A stretch of DNA of 64,000 nucleotides from Candidatus Cloacimonadales bacterium (GTDB taxonomy: Bacteria > Cloacimonadota > Cloacimonadia > Cloacimonadales > JAIOQZ01). The notes beneath the pieces are model-generated. The model made no database searches. It was not told where the DNA came from and worked only from the letters and a program-made list of their open reading frames with translations. The stretch's first letter is position 1. Every line of letters starts with the position of its first letter. Of the stretch, positions 29,501 to 38,681 are shown in pieces. The translations under genes and the position numbers were made by a program. The DNA lies in the NCBI GenBank assembly GCA_963665815.1, contig OY762463.1, positions 3,488,001 to 3,552,000 of the forward strand. Direction: 5' to 3'.

Positions 29501-29736
29501 TCTTCATCGGGTTCCTGAATATAATTTTTGTGAGTCTCTTCAATCTCTTCCTGATAAGGTTTTATACTGGACTGTATTTCTTCTTTTATATCAATTACTC
29601 TATTTCGGATTTCATCGTCTGATTTCGATGAAAGTGTTTTATAGACTGATAGAACCTGACTCAAGATTGGCTGAACCTTCTTTAATGCTCTATCATGCTG
29701 GTCTCCAAACACCTTGGTTAATATTTTCTTCAGCAT
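26596..29736 (-). CDS. secA: Preprotein translocase ATPase SecA
   Basis: [63 protein letters not shown]. Confidence 0.99.
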   Translation of the reverse strand: [1046 protein letters not shown]

Positions 29737-30158
29737 ATAATTTTTTCCTCTATTTCAAATACAAACCCAAATGAAGGTTGTATATCTTGTTGTCAATGAT
29801 TACCTGTTTTTTTTGTACTATATAATGTATAGATACAAAAAATAATCTGACCATATATTCATAGTGATCTATAAGTCATAATGCAGCATTTGTAAACAAA
29901 TTTGGATACCGTTATTTTCAGATATCTTTGCATATCCGTGACTTTTGATGAATTGCTGATTTATCATATCAACTTAGAACAACTAAGTTTGATGTCTTTG
30001 CATGATGATATCGGTAAATCCATCAGTGTTTCATTCAGCATTGCATGATTTTTGTGCTCTGCAAAATCTCTCTTTAAATAACGCTTTAAGATTGAATTGT
30101 TACATTTTCATAAGCTTATTAGGAGATTGCGGTGGCATGTATTTAACTTGTGAATTTA

Positions 30159-30509
30159 TCAGGAAATGCTGTTTATGAATTCCAGATACGCATCAAGGAG
30201 TTCGCGTCTATCAACAATAGAATAGCGCTTTCTTATACAGGATGAAATAAAATCATCTATTGCGTCATATGATAACCCTTTAACGAATTTTGTTTCATTT
30301 TCAAGTCCAATTACTCCGATAACTGTTTCCGGGAAAGTAAGTTTGATAGTATTGAAAAGGATATTGTCCGTATTATAGGAATCAGCAGATATCAGAATAA
30401 TACTATCCTGTTTAAGATAGTTCTTCAATTTTTCATTTGTATCGCAAAATACAGCACTCCAACTGAAATCAGCCGGAGTGTTAACATCTTTTATTAATAT
30501 TTGTGACAT
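30159..30509 (-). CDS. Hypothetical protein
   Basis: 116-aa ORF 6 bp after the kinase stop, same strand. Confidence 0.6.
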   Translation of the reverse strand: MSQILIKDVNTPADFSWSAVFCDTNEKLKNYLKQDSIILISADSYNTDNILFNTIKLTFPETVIGVIGLENETKFVKGLSYDAIDDFISSCIRKRYSIVDRRELLDAYLEFINSIS

Positions 30510-30515
30510 ATTTTT

Positions 30516-32171
30516 TTAATATTTGAATATTGATCCAAAAGCAAATTCTCTGACAATTGAGTTTGTTGGCACATAGAAATGGTCGGTAATCGGCTCGAAG
30601 TATCTTAACAAACGGAGGAGTCTTTGCGCTTCTGGATAAACCGGAGAATTTTTCCTTACTGCCTGAAGAAGTGGAGCAGCCTGATTTTTAAGGAACGCCA
30701 ATTCATAGGTAAGACTGCTGTTGAACATAATGTCAGCATTTTCCTGGAATGGGAATATGTTCTTCTCTTCACCTTTTCTGATTGAATCCCAGCGTAAAAG
30801 TGTATCTTCTGCATCATATCCTCTGTAACGAGCATCTCTGACTATTCTCCTGATTTTCCTGCTGTCAGTTGTCGGAATTCTGTTGTGGTAATCAATATTA
30901 AGCTGGTTAAGAGCACTGATATATACTCTGAACTTTGATGAGTCCGGGATTTTTGATGTCAGTATGTCATTCAATCCATGGATACCTTCCATAATAAGAA
31001 CATCATTCTTCTCCAGTTTCATGAATTCATTGCAGTATTCCGGTACACCAGATTTAAAATTGTACTTTGGTACATCAACCTCTTCGCCCTGCAGTAACGC
31101 ATTAAGATGTGAATTCAGAAGCTCAATATCAATTGCATAGATTGATTCAAAATCATATTCGCCTTCAGCTGTTCGAGGTGTTTTTGTTCTGGCAAGGAAA
31201 TAGTCATCCATTCCTATTATTTTAGGTACTAAACCGTTGACTCTTAACTGGATAGCCAGTCTTTTGGCGAACGTTGTCTTTCCAGATGAAGATGGCCCTG
31301 CAATAAGTATTATTTTTACGGATTCCTTTTCTTTAATCATATCAGCAATTCGTGCAATTTTCTTTTCCTGAAGAGCTTCTTCAACATGGATAATCTGTGG
31401 AATCTTGTAATCAGTGATATACTCGTTAAGTTCGAAAACGTTGTGCATTTTTAAAATTCTGAGCCATTTATCGTATTCCTGGTGAATTTCAAACAATTTT
31501 TGAGGGATAGAAAAATCAGAAAGCTCAGTTGATCCGTATTTCGGAATTCTTAAGATAAGCCCGGTCTTGTACGTTTCAACGCCAAATGCATTGATGAACG
31601 ATGTATTCTCTGCAAGTTGTCTTATGTAATAATCATAGTATTGACCGCATTTGTAAACAGTCATTTTGTTTTTGCGTCTGTATTTGAGGTTTCTCAGGAT
31701 ATCAATCCTTCCATGTTCTTTAAAGATATCTTCTGCATCTCTTAGGTTTATCTCGTGTTTTTCGATAGGCAGTTTGTTATTTATAACTTTATTCATCTCA
31801 TTTTGAATATCTTCAGCATCCTTATCGGTAATTTTGTGTTCACCGAATATTTCGCAGAAAACACCGTCAGATATTGAGTGCTCTACAACAAGTTTGGATT
31901 TTATACCATAGAGATTGTAGAAAGCTTTCATCATGATGAAGATTGCGGTATCCTGATATATTCGATATCCATCAAGAGAATTGAGTGTAAGACAGTCAAT
32001 TTTAGTGTTGTGATCAATAAGATAATCTGATGTGACATAGATGTTGTCAATCTTGTATATCATATACGGATTAAGTTCTTCCTCTTGGATTATCTCAGAA
32101 ATAGTCATTGGTCTTGGATAGACAACAGTTTTCTTTCTTACACTATCGATTTTTATTTTTATTGTAAACAC
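30516..32171 (-). CDS. Uridine/nucleoside kinase with ThrRS-like N-terminal region
   Basis: AGPSSSGKTT P-loop, MDDYF, EGIHGLN, RRIVRDARYRG, GEEKNIFPFQE. Confidence 0.9.
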   Translation of the reverse strand: MFTIKIKIDSVRKKTVVYPRPMTISEIIQEEELNPYMIYKIDNIYVTSDYLIDHNTKIDCLTLNSLDGYRIYQDTAIFIMMKAFYNLYGIKSKLVVEHSISDGVFCEIFGEHKITDKDAEDIQNEMNKVINNKLPIEKHEINLRDAEDIFKEHGRIDILRNLKYRRKNKMTVYKCGQYYDYYIRQLAENTSFINAFGVETYKTGLILRIPKYGSTELSDFSIPQKLFEIHQEYDKWLRILKMHNVFELNEYITDYKIPQIIHVEEALQEKKIARIADMIKEKESVKIILIAGPSSSGKTTFAKRLAIQLRVNGLVPKIIGMDDYFLARTKTPRTAEGEYDFESIYAIDIELLNSHLNALLQGEEVDVPKYNFKSGVPEYCNEFMKLEKNDVLIMEGIHGLNDILTSKIPDSSKFRVYISALNQLNIDYHNRIPTTDSRKIRRIVRDARYRGYDAEDTLLRWDSIRKGEEKNIFPFQENADIMFNSSLTYELAFLKNQAAPLLQAVRKNSPVYPEAQRLLRLLRYFEPITDHFYVPTNSIVREFAFGSIFKY

Positions 32172-32182
32172 ATTCCCTCCTG

Positions 32183-32794
32183 TTATTTTCTGCAGATTAC
32201 TGTGAAATCGTTTTCCAGGTAGTCATCAATTATTCTAATATCACTGAACTTTGATTTAATCAGATCTCTGATACTTTCAGGATCATTGTAGAAATATTTA
32301 TCTTCTTTTGCCGTAGATCTTTCATGTAAAAGATTGAATACTACAATGTCATTTGATATTCTGATAAATTTTTCAATTGCCTGCATGAAAAAAATGTGGT
32401 TGTTTTTAAGGTTAAGGTTAAAAATTCCTGATGTATATACGACATCAAATCCGGTATCCTCAAAGATGTTAGATTTGAAAATATCCGCTGTGACAAAAGT
32501 TGTATCAGGATGCTTTGCTTTTGCAGATTCAGTCATTTCATCCAATATATCCACTCCTGTATATTCAATGGATATTTTCAGGTTTTCGCAGTGAGTAAGA
32601 AAATCACCGAGACCTGAGCCTACATCAAGAAATCGTTTATTATCAAGACTCAAATTATCTGTTACAGCTTTAAATCTGAGAAACTGTGCGGATTTGTTTT
32701 CCCAGTCAAGAATAGCTGCATTTTCATTTTTATCAAAGCGCGGTACATAATGCTGCTGAAGTTTTTTATAGTGACTCATTGTTTTCCTTTTCAA
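32183..32794 (-). CDS. Class I SAM-dependent methyltransferase
   Basis: QFLRF, LDVGSGLG, YTGVDI, SGIFN; the true start may be the internal Met at 32779. Confidence 0.85.
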   Translation of the reverse strand: MKRKTMSHYKKLQQHYVPRFDKNENAAILDWENKSAQFLRFKAVTDNLSLDNKRFLDVGSGLGDFLTHCENLKISIEYTGVDILDEMTESAKAKHPDTTFVTADIFKSNIFEDTGFDVVYTSGIFNLNLKNNHIFFMQAIEKFIRISNDIVVFNLLHERSTAKEDKYFYNDPESIRDLIKSKFSDIRIIDDYLENDFTVICRK

Positions 32795-33680
32795 TATTTC
32801 TGGCTTTTGCAGCGCCTTTCCAGCGTTTATGCAGCCACAACCAGTATTGAGGATATTTTTTTATATATTCCTGAATTGTTTCTGATATCTCAGCAGAAAG
32901 CTTATATACAGCTTCATCTGAGAACTCAATATTATCTGTGTAAACCGGTTCAAGGAATATGAGTTTCATATTCTGCTTTTCGTTTCTGACTGTAAAACCA
33001 AACACAATTGGCGTTCCTGTTTTCAAAGCAATTCTGGCAGGTCCTGTATGCACTGATGCCGGTTTGCCGAAAACATCCATCAGAACTCCATCTTTCCCGG
33101 CGTTCTGATCAGCAACAATTGTAACGATTTTTTTTCTTCTGATTGCTGAAAGAATATTTCTCATGGATAACTTGTTGAAAATAATTTCAACACCACTACC
33201 GATTCTTCTTTTATTCATAAATTCATCAAACAGCCTGTTACGTTGTCTCTTTGCGATCGCACAAACCGGTAGTCCTTTAAAGGCAAGGTATCTTCCGGCA
33301 AGTTCCCAGTTCCCGAGATGTGCAGAAATGAGTATGACACCTTTGTTTTTGCTGTAAGCTTCCAGCATATTTTCAAATCCCTCAAGTTCTGTATTTTGGT
33401 AAAATTCATAAGGATCTGAGAAATATGTCTCGGCAGCAGTTCTGCCTACATGCTTGTAAACTTTTACAATCAGTTTATTCATTTCTTTTCTGGAATATTC
33501 AGGAAAAGCATAAGAGATGTGCTTCTTTGTATCTTTAAGTCTTATACGCAGAACAGTTCCGGTAAAAACAAGAATATTTTCAATAAGTGTACAGACTTTT
33601 TTATATGGGACTAATGATAATATAGCGTATAGTATTCTGAATCCTGTATATTCAATAATGTTCTTTTGCTTCTTATTCAT
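32766..33680 (-). CDS. Lipid A late acyltransferase (LpxL/HtrB family)
   Basis: SAHLGNWE, ADQNAG, PQYWLWLHKRWK. Confidence 0.92.
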   Translation of the reverse strand: MNKKQKNIIEYTGFRILYAILSLVPYKKVCTLIENILVFTGTVLRIRLKDTKKHISYAFPEYSRKEMNKLIVKVYKHVGRTAAETYFSDPYEFYQNTELEGFENMLEAYSKNKGVILISAHLGNWELAGRYLAFKGLPVCAIAKRQRNRLFDEFMNKRRIGSGVEIIFNKLSMRNILSAIRRKKIVTIVADQNAGKDGVLMDVFGKPASVHTGPARIALKTGTPIVFGFTVRNEKQNMKLIFLEPVYTDNIEFSDEAVYKLSAEISETIQEYIKKYPQYWLWLHKRWKGAAKARNIEKENNESL

Positions 33681-34381
33681 GGGTTAATCAGCTTTTTCAT
33701 TGTTGCCACTGCTTCATGCAAACCATAAAATACAGCTCTGCTGATAATACTGTGACCTATGTTGAATTCTTCTATTATACCCAGATCTTTAAGAGGAGTG
33801 ATATTTTTATAGTTAATTCCATGACCTGCAACAACACGCATTCTTGCTGATCTGATCATTTTACATGCTTTTTGAATTCTTTTAAGCTCGTCTTCAATTT
33901 CTTCCTGTTTCTTCAGGTTTGCATATTTACCAGTATGGATTTCTACAGCGTCACACTGATACTTGTCCGCCAGTTTTATCATGTCAGGATCAGCTTCGAT
34001 AAACACACTTACTTCTATTCCGGCAGATTTCAGTTCTTCTATTCTTGTCTGAAGATTAGAAATATTCAGTCCACCTTCGGTAGTGAGTTCCTGTCTTCTT
34101 TCCGGAACGAGAGTCACGATGTCCGGTTTTAAAACTTTTGCAATTGTAATCATTTCAGGAGATGCAGCCATTTCAAGATTGAGCTTTGTTTGAACTACGT
34201 GTCTTAGAAGCTCGACGTCTCTCTGCTGTATATGTCTTCTGTCTTCACGCAGATGAACGGTTATCTGGTCTGCTCCGGCCTGCTCTGCAATCAGTGCTGC
34301 CTGTACAGGTTCGGGTTCAATTCCCATTCGAGCTTGTCTCAGTGTTGCAACATGATCTATATTTACTCCCAGAGTTATCAT
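33677..34381 (-). CDS. pdxJ: Pyridoxine 5'-phosphate synthase
   Basis: LGVNIDHVATLRQAR, HLREDRRHI, TTEGGL, EFNIGHSII. Confidence 0.98.
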   Translation of the reverse strand: MITLGVNIDHVATLRQARMGIEPEPVQAALIAEQAGADQITVHLREDRRHIQQRDVELLRHVVQTKLNLEMAASPEMITIAKVLKPDIVTLVPERRQELTTEGGLNISNLQTRIEELKSAGIEVSVFIEADPDMIKLADKYQCDAVEIHTGKYANLKKQEEIEDELKRIQKACKMIRSARMRVVAGHGINYKNITPLKDLGIIEEFNIGHSIISRAVFYGLHEAVATMKKLINP

Positions 34382-34399
34382 AATTTCTCCTTTTATCTG

Positions 34400-35260
34400 C
34401 TAATTGAAAATAGCTTCCGATTCTATTTCTATATTTGCATCAACTCTGAGTTGTTTCAAGTGATTTAACAGATTTAGTTCTGAATCAATCTGGTGAAGTC
34501 TTTTTCTGAGAGCATCTTTAATATTTTCGAATTCAGCAATTCTGCTCTGCTTTTTATCTGTTACCATTATAATGTGATATCCAAAAGATGTTTTAATAGG
34601 TTCACTTATTTCATTAATATTCATGCTGAATGCAGCATCTTCAATTTCTTTTACCATTTTGCCTCTGGCAAAATAACCCAGATCCCCCGCCTGATCGCAG
34701 GAAGGACAGTCAGAGATTGATATGGCATAGTTATTGAAATCTTCCTTATCATGGAGTTGATTTCTGATTTTGTTTGCTTTTTCTTCTGCATCATCAGATT
34801 CATTTCTTACCAGAATATGAGAAGCTTTGACCATTTCTTTAGTAGTGAATTTCTCTTTGTTTTTTTCGTAGAAGTCTTTCAGTATTTCATCAGTATATGA
34901 TTCATTACTTTCTTTAAATTTTTCATAAATATATTTTTCGATGATTATATTGTCTCTTATTCTCTTGCGGAGAGTAACTTCATTAAGCTGTTGTTGTTCC
35001 AGGATATAATGAAACTCATCTTCAGAATCAAATGTCATCATTAAATCGAGAAGTTCGTTATCTATTTCATCCTGAGATACTGATATATCTGCTTTTCTGG
35101 CTTCAGAAAGAAGAAGCACGCCGTCAATCAGGCATTCAAGGGCTCTTTTCCTGCACTCTTGACTGGGCTGCTCAAGCTGCATATTTTTCATCATTCGTAT
35201 CAATTCTACTTTGTATTCCTTATCAGTAATCTCATAGCTGTTCACACTTGCAATTATCAT
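34400..35260 (-). CDS. SurA/PrsA-like parvulin peptidyl-prolyl isomerase
   Basis: VKASHILV, GDLGYFARGKMVKE, PIKTSFGYHII; SurA-N-like helical region; no signal peptide. Confidence 0.88.
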   Translation of the reverse strand: MIIASVNSYEITDKEYKVELIRMMKNMQLEQPSQECRKRALECLIDGVLLLSEARKADISVSQDEIDNELLDLMMTFDSEDEFHYILEQQQLNEVTLRKRIRDNIIIEKYIYEKFKESNESYTDEILKDFYEKNKEKFTTKEMVKASHILVRNESDDAEEKANKIRNQLHDKEDFNNYAISISDCPSCDQAGDLGYFARGKMVKEIEDAAFSMNINEISEPIKTSFGYHIIMVTDKKQSRIAEFENIKDALRKRLHQIDSELNLLNHLKQLRVDANIEIESEAIFN

Positions 35261-35269
35261 TGAGTACTC

Positions 35270-36208
35270 CTAAATGTTCTGTTTTGTAACGAACGATTTT
35301 ACTTGTTCCAATATAGAATAAAAATTATAATCTTCAGATAAAATTGTCAAATCAAAATCCAGTTTTCTAAACCATGTTAACTGTCTTTTTGCATAGTTTC
35401 TTGTGTGCTGACATGCCAGTTCAACACAATCATTCAGTTCAGCTTCGCCTTTTAAGTAAGGAATAAACTCTTTATATCCAATTGAGGAAAATCCCGGGCA
35501 GTTATAGCTGAACCCCATATTTAGTATTTTTTTGATTTCTTTTATCAATCCATCATTAAGCATCTGAGTGATTCGAGTATTGATCCTTGAGTATAATTTT
35601 TCACGGTCAATATTAATGAAAATATCAAAAGAATCCGATTTAGATTGGGATTTCTGATTTTCCCAGTGTTCAGTCTGAGTTACTCCTGTTGATTTCCATA
35701 TATACAGGGAACGTAAAACTCTGTATGTGTCATTCGGGTGGATTCTTCCTGCTGCATCCGGATCAGCCTGTTCTAAAAGCTTGTAGATGAAATCGGATCC
35801 CTTGTCATTCAAAATCTCATCGTAATAAGAAACTACATCCGGAGGTATTTCAGGTGAATCGAACAAGCCTTCCTTAAGTGACTTGATATAAAAACCGGTA
35901 CCTCCAACAATAATAGGTATGACTCCTTCTGCATTCAGGGAAGAAATAATTTTCTCAGCGTCCTGATAATATCTACCTGCATTATAAACCTCATCAGGAT
36001 TGACAATATCAATCATGTGATGTTGTACTGCTTTCATTTCTTCTGTTGATGGTTTGGCTGTTCCAATATTCATATACCTGTATATCTGTCTTGAATCTGC
36101 AGATATAATATCTGTTGATAGTGTTTGAGCCAGCTCCATCGCTAATGATGATTTACCGGAGGCAGTAGGTCCCTGAATCGTAATGAATTTTAATTTGTTC
36201 ATCTTCAC
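35270..36208 (-). CDS. miaA: tRNA dimethylallyltransferase
   Basis: GPTASGKS, DSRQIYR, IGTAKP, VGGTGFY, TRNYAKRQLTW. Confidence 0.98.
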   Translation of the reverse strand: MKMNKLKFITIQGPTASGKSSLAMELAQTLSTDIISADSRQIYRYMNIGTAKPSTEEMKAVQHHMIDIVNPDEVYNAGRYYQDAEKIISSLNAEGVIPIIVGGTGFYIKSLKEGLFDSPEIPPDVVSYYDEILNDKGSDFIYKLLEQADPDAAGRIHPNDTYRVLRSLYIWKSTGVTQTEHWENQKSQSKSDSFDIFINIDREKLYSRINTRITQMLNDGLIKEIKKILNMGFSYNCPGFSSIGYKEFIPYLKGEAELNDCVELACQHTRNYAKRQLTWFRKLDFDLTILSEDYNFYSILEQVKSFVTKQNI

Positions 36209-36325
36209 CTTTCATTTTCATTCTTGAACTCCATTTATAACATTAATACAGACAAGTCCACTTTTTTTTAAAAAAGCGTTGCTAAATTAACACTATATAG
36301 ATGATCAATATAGGAGAGATCGAAT

Positions 36326-36588
36326 TTGAATGAATTAACTGTTCAAAACCTAAGTAAAATTTGTAACGAAACTCTTATCCTCGGGATTTTTTTAATCTTA
36401 AACATGGAACGCTTTACCCTATTCTGCACAGACTTGAAAAAGAAAGTGCAATAAAAGGTGTATGGAACAGGATCGGACAGGTTAAGAAGAAAATTTATAA
36501 GATTACCGAGAAGGGAGTTAAACTGTTTGACTCCTATAAACAACAATGGGAAACCTTCATGAAAATTATGAAATTATTCTGGAGTTAA
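36326..36588 (+). pseudogene. PadR-family regulator pseudogene
   Basis: TTG start after AGGAGA gives MNELTVQNLSKICNETLILGIF; a second frame continues FNLKHGTLYPILHRLEKE...KKIYKITEKG...QW; the HGYEI helix is missing and the frame shifts at a T7 run. Confidence 0.8.
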
Positions 36589-36589
36589 A

Positions 36590-36835
36590 ATGAAAACACA
36601 ACTTCTTAACAGACTTAGGGAAATAGATGAAGCAATAAATTTAAAGCAGTCTGTGAAAGCAAGAATTCTGATGGAGATTTACTATGATATGGAGAACTTA
36701 TACGAAGTGTACAGAAATAATCCGTATTATGAAGATCCCGTGGAGAGGGTGCTGGATTAGTTTTCCATAGATTCTATTGATATTGAAAGTTTACAGAGGT
36801 TATATTTATCTCCAGTAGACAGGCTTTTTTAATTG
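36590..36835 (+). pseudogene. Decayed PadR-partner membrane protein gene (HAAS/permease-prefix-like N-terminus)
   Basis: MKTQLLNRLREIDEAINLKQSVKARILMEIYYDMENLYE...VLD* then in-frame FSIDSIDIESLQRLY after the TAG at 36758; ATG one base after the padR stop. Confidence 0.55.
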
Positions 36836-37135
36836 ATTTCTCCGAATGATCTAAATAAATGGTAGAAATTTCTGGTTCTGGTTTTCCTGATGATACTGTC
36901 AGGTGGATCAATGCAATTGTCTGGTTAGTTCTCAGGCATGGATGTAACAATATTATTGCTCGGAAATAAAGTTTACAATTTTTGTTAAGTAATGTAAACA
37001 TATGATGCTGCTGATCATTTCAGCAGCATTTTCTGCTTGGCTCAGAAAACGATCAGGAAGTAAAAAAAGTTTTCAGCTTGACGGAATATCATTAAAAACT
37101 ATTGTTATGGTAAAATAAACAGAACTGGAGAGATT

Positions 37136-37561
37136 ATGAGAATAACAAGTATTATTGTTCTTTTGCTGGCAGCAATTATGATAACATCCTGTATGGGAAG
37201 TCTAAGAGGGAACCTGAAAGGAATATGGTATATCGAAGAAGATGTATCCGGAATTCTTGCAGGTGTAGACTCTGAGAATGCGGAAATTGAGTTTATTACA
37301 GGTGGTGGTTTGTCACTTTCAACACAAATTCGAGAAAACGTATCAAATGGTTATGGTATGGTTCTGGCGAGAGCGCACTGGAAAATTGAAAAAGGAATTT
37401 TGATTATTAACGTCAAAGGCGATGGTGAATTCATGGAGTCAGGAACTCCTACAGAATTAAGATTCAGAGCTTCTTCTGTATCTGCAACTAGAATTGAATT
37501 AGAAGCTGAAGTTAAAGGTGAATTTAACGGAGATTATATTACTTTAAGAAAAAATAAATAG
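37136..37561 (+). CDS. Lipoprotein, lipocalin-like beta fold
   Basis: ITSC lipobox, LKGIWY, HWKIEKGILII; GGAG RBS; upstream TTGACG-N16-TATTGT. Confidence 0.75.
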   Translation: MRITSIIVLLLAAIMITSCMGSLRGNLKGIWYIEEDVSGILAGVDSENAEIEFITGGGLSLSTQIRENVSNGYGMVLARAHWKIEKGILIINVKGDGEFMESGTPTELRFRASSVSATRIELEAEVKGEFNGDYITLRKNK

Positions 37562-37564
37562 TTT

Positions 37565-37580
37565 TGGCACGCTATTTGCA
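37565..37580 (+). promoter_or_regulatory. Sigma54 -24/-12 promoter
   Basis: TGGCAC-GCTAT-TTGCA. Confidence 0.85.
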
Positions 37581-37590
37581 TATTATATTG

Positions 37591-37656
37591 CTGAAACTAG
37601 TTATTTACATACTTTCCTTGCTTCTTGGGACGCCGCCCGGTGTCCCATTTTTTTTT
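37591..37656 (+). ncRNA. Candidate sigma54-dependent small RNA (~66 nt)
   Basis: Lies between the sigma54 promoter and a strong terminator; no ORF; contains CAUACUUUCCUU. Confidence 0.65.
37626..37656 (+). terminator. Intrinsic terminator
   Basis: TGGGACGCC-GCCC-GGTGTCCCA followed by T9. Confidence 0.9.
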
Positions 37657-37991
37657 ACCCATTAATAATAGTAATTTTTCCATTAACATAATATGCTGTT
37701 CAGTATCTTAAATCCTTATTTGATAGCTAAAATTAGTCAGGAATGCGGGATATGCTGTTAATGGGGGATTGAACTGAACAGTAATACTGTGAAAACTTAT
37801 CCCTTACTTGAGATGTAGTGGTTGAACCACATATGTAATGTGTAGAATATCACTGAAAATGATTTGTGTGAAACAAGTGTAAACAAGGTATCCTTTTTTG
37901 AAGAGGTGTATACAATGTTAACATTGTAGTCTGTGTGTATACGAAGGTGACAGTGTTTCGGCTGTTTACATGGGTTAAATCACGTTTTATA

Positions 37992-38681
37992 CTATATTAA
38001 TCCGGCACCGACAAAAGAATAGTATTCATTGTTACTTATAATGAGATGATCAAGTAGGTGTACATTAATCATATTTATTGCCATTTTAATCTTTTCGGTG
38101 ATTAGAATGTCTTCTTTTGACGGTTGAGTAGTACCACCCGGATGATTATGTACAATAACTATTGATGCTGCATTACATAGAATGATATGTTCAATAATTA
38201 CTCTCAAGTAAATCTTTGCTTCGTTTACAGTACCTTTAAACAGGGTTTCCTCGAACAGGATAGTGTTTTTAACACTGAGGTATATGATCTTGAATTCCTC
38301 ATTCTTGAGCCCCTTGTAATATGAGTGTACATAATTGAAAATATCATCTGAAGACTTGAAGAAATCTTTACCAATAATATGTTCCTGCAAACGGAATACA
38401 TTTACATCTCTGAATAATTTGATAAGAGAAGCTGTTCTCTCACCAACTCCTTCAATTTCAGTCAGTAATTGAGGAGGAGCCTGAAAAACATTATTAAGTG
38501 TATGAAACTTACTTAAAAGTCTTTTAGCTATTGGTTTTGTATCTTTACGTATAATTGAATAGGAGAGAATAATCTCCAGTACTTCATAATCATGAAATCC
38601 TGCCAACCCGTCTTTAAGATATCTTTCTCTCAACCTTACTTTATGCTTTGAGTTCTCATTCCCGTTTATTTCAGAAGCCAT
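37992..38681 (-). CDS. radC: RadC family JAB-domain protein
   Basis: HKVRLRERY, DYEVLEIIL, HhH IEGVG, VHNHPGG...SKEDI, LLDHLII. Confidence 0.93.
   Translation of the reverse strand: MASEINGNENSKHKVRLRERYLKDGLAGFHDYEVLEIILSYSIIRKDTKPIAKRLLSKFHTLNNVFQAPPQLLTEIEGVGERTASLIKLFRDVNVFRLQEHIIGKDFFKSSDDIFNYVHSYYKGLKNEEFKIIYLSVKNTILFEETLFKGTVNEAKIYLRVIIEHIILCNAASIVIVHNHPGGTTQPSKEDILITEKIKMAINMINVHLLDHLIISNNEYYSFVGAGLI

Noticed and set aside
29780..30150. Small ORF or ncRNA upstream of secA
   Set aside because: Only short open stretches without a start and RBS, and no convincing structure by eye.
37992..38681. radC as a marker of an integrated mobile element
   Set aside because: Full-length HhH plus JAB chromosomal type, coupled to the asd operon; no integrase or att site seen.
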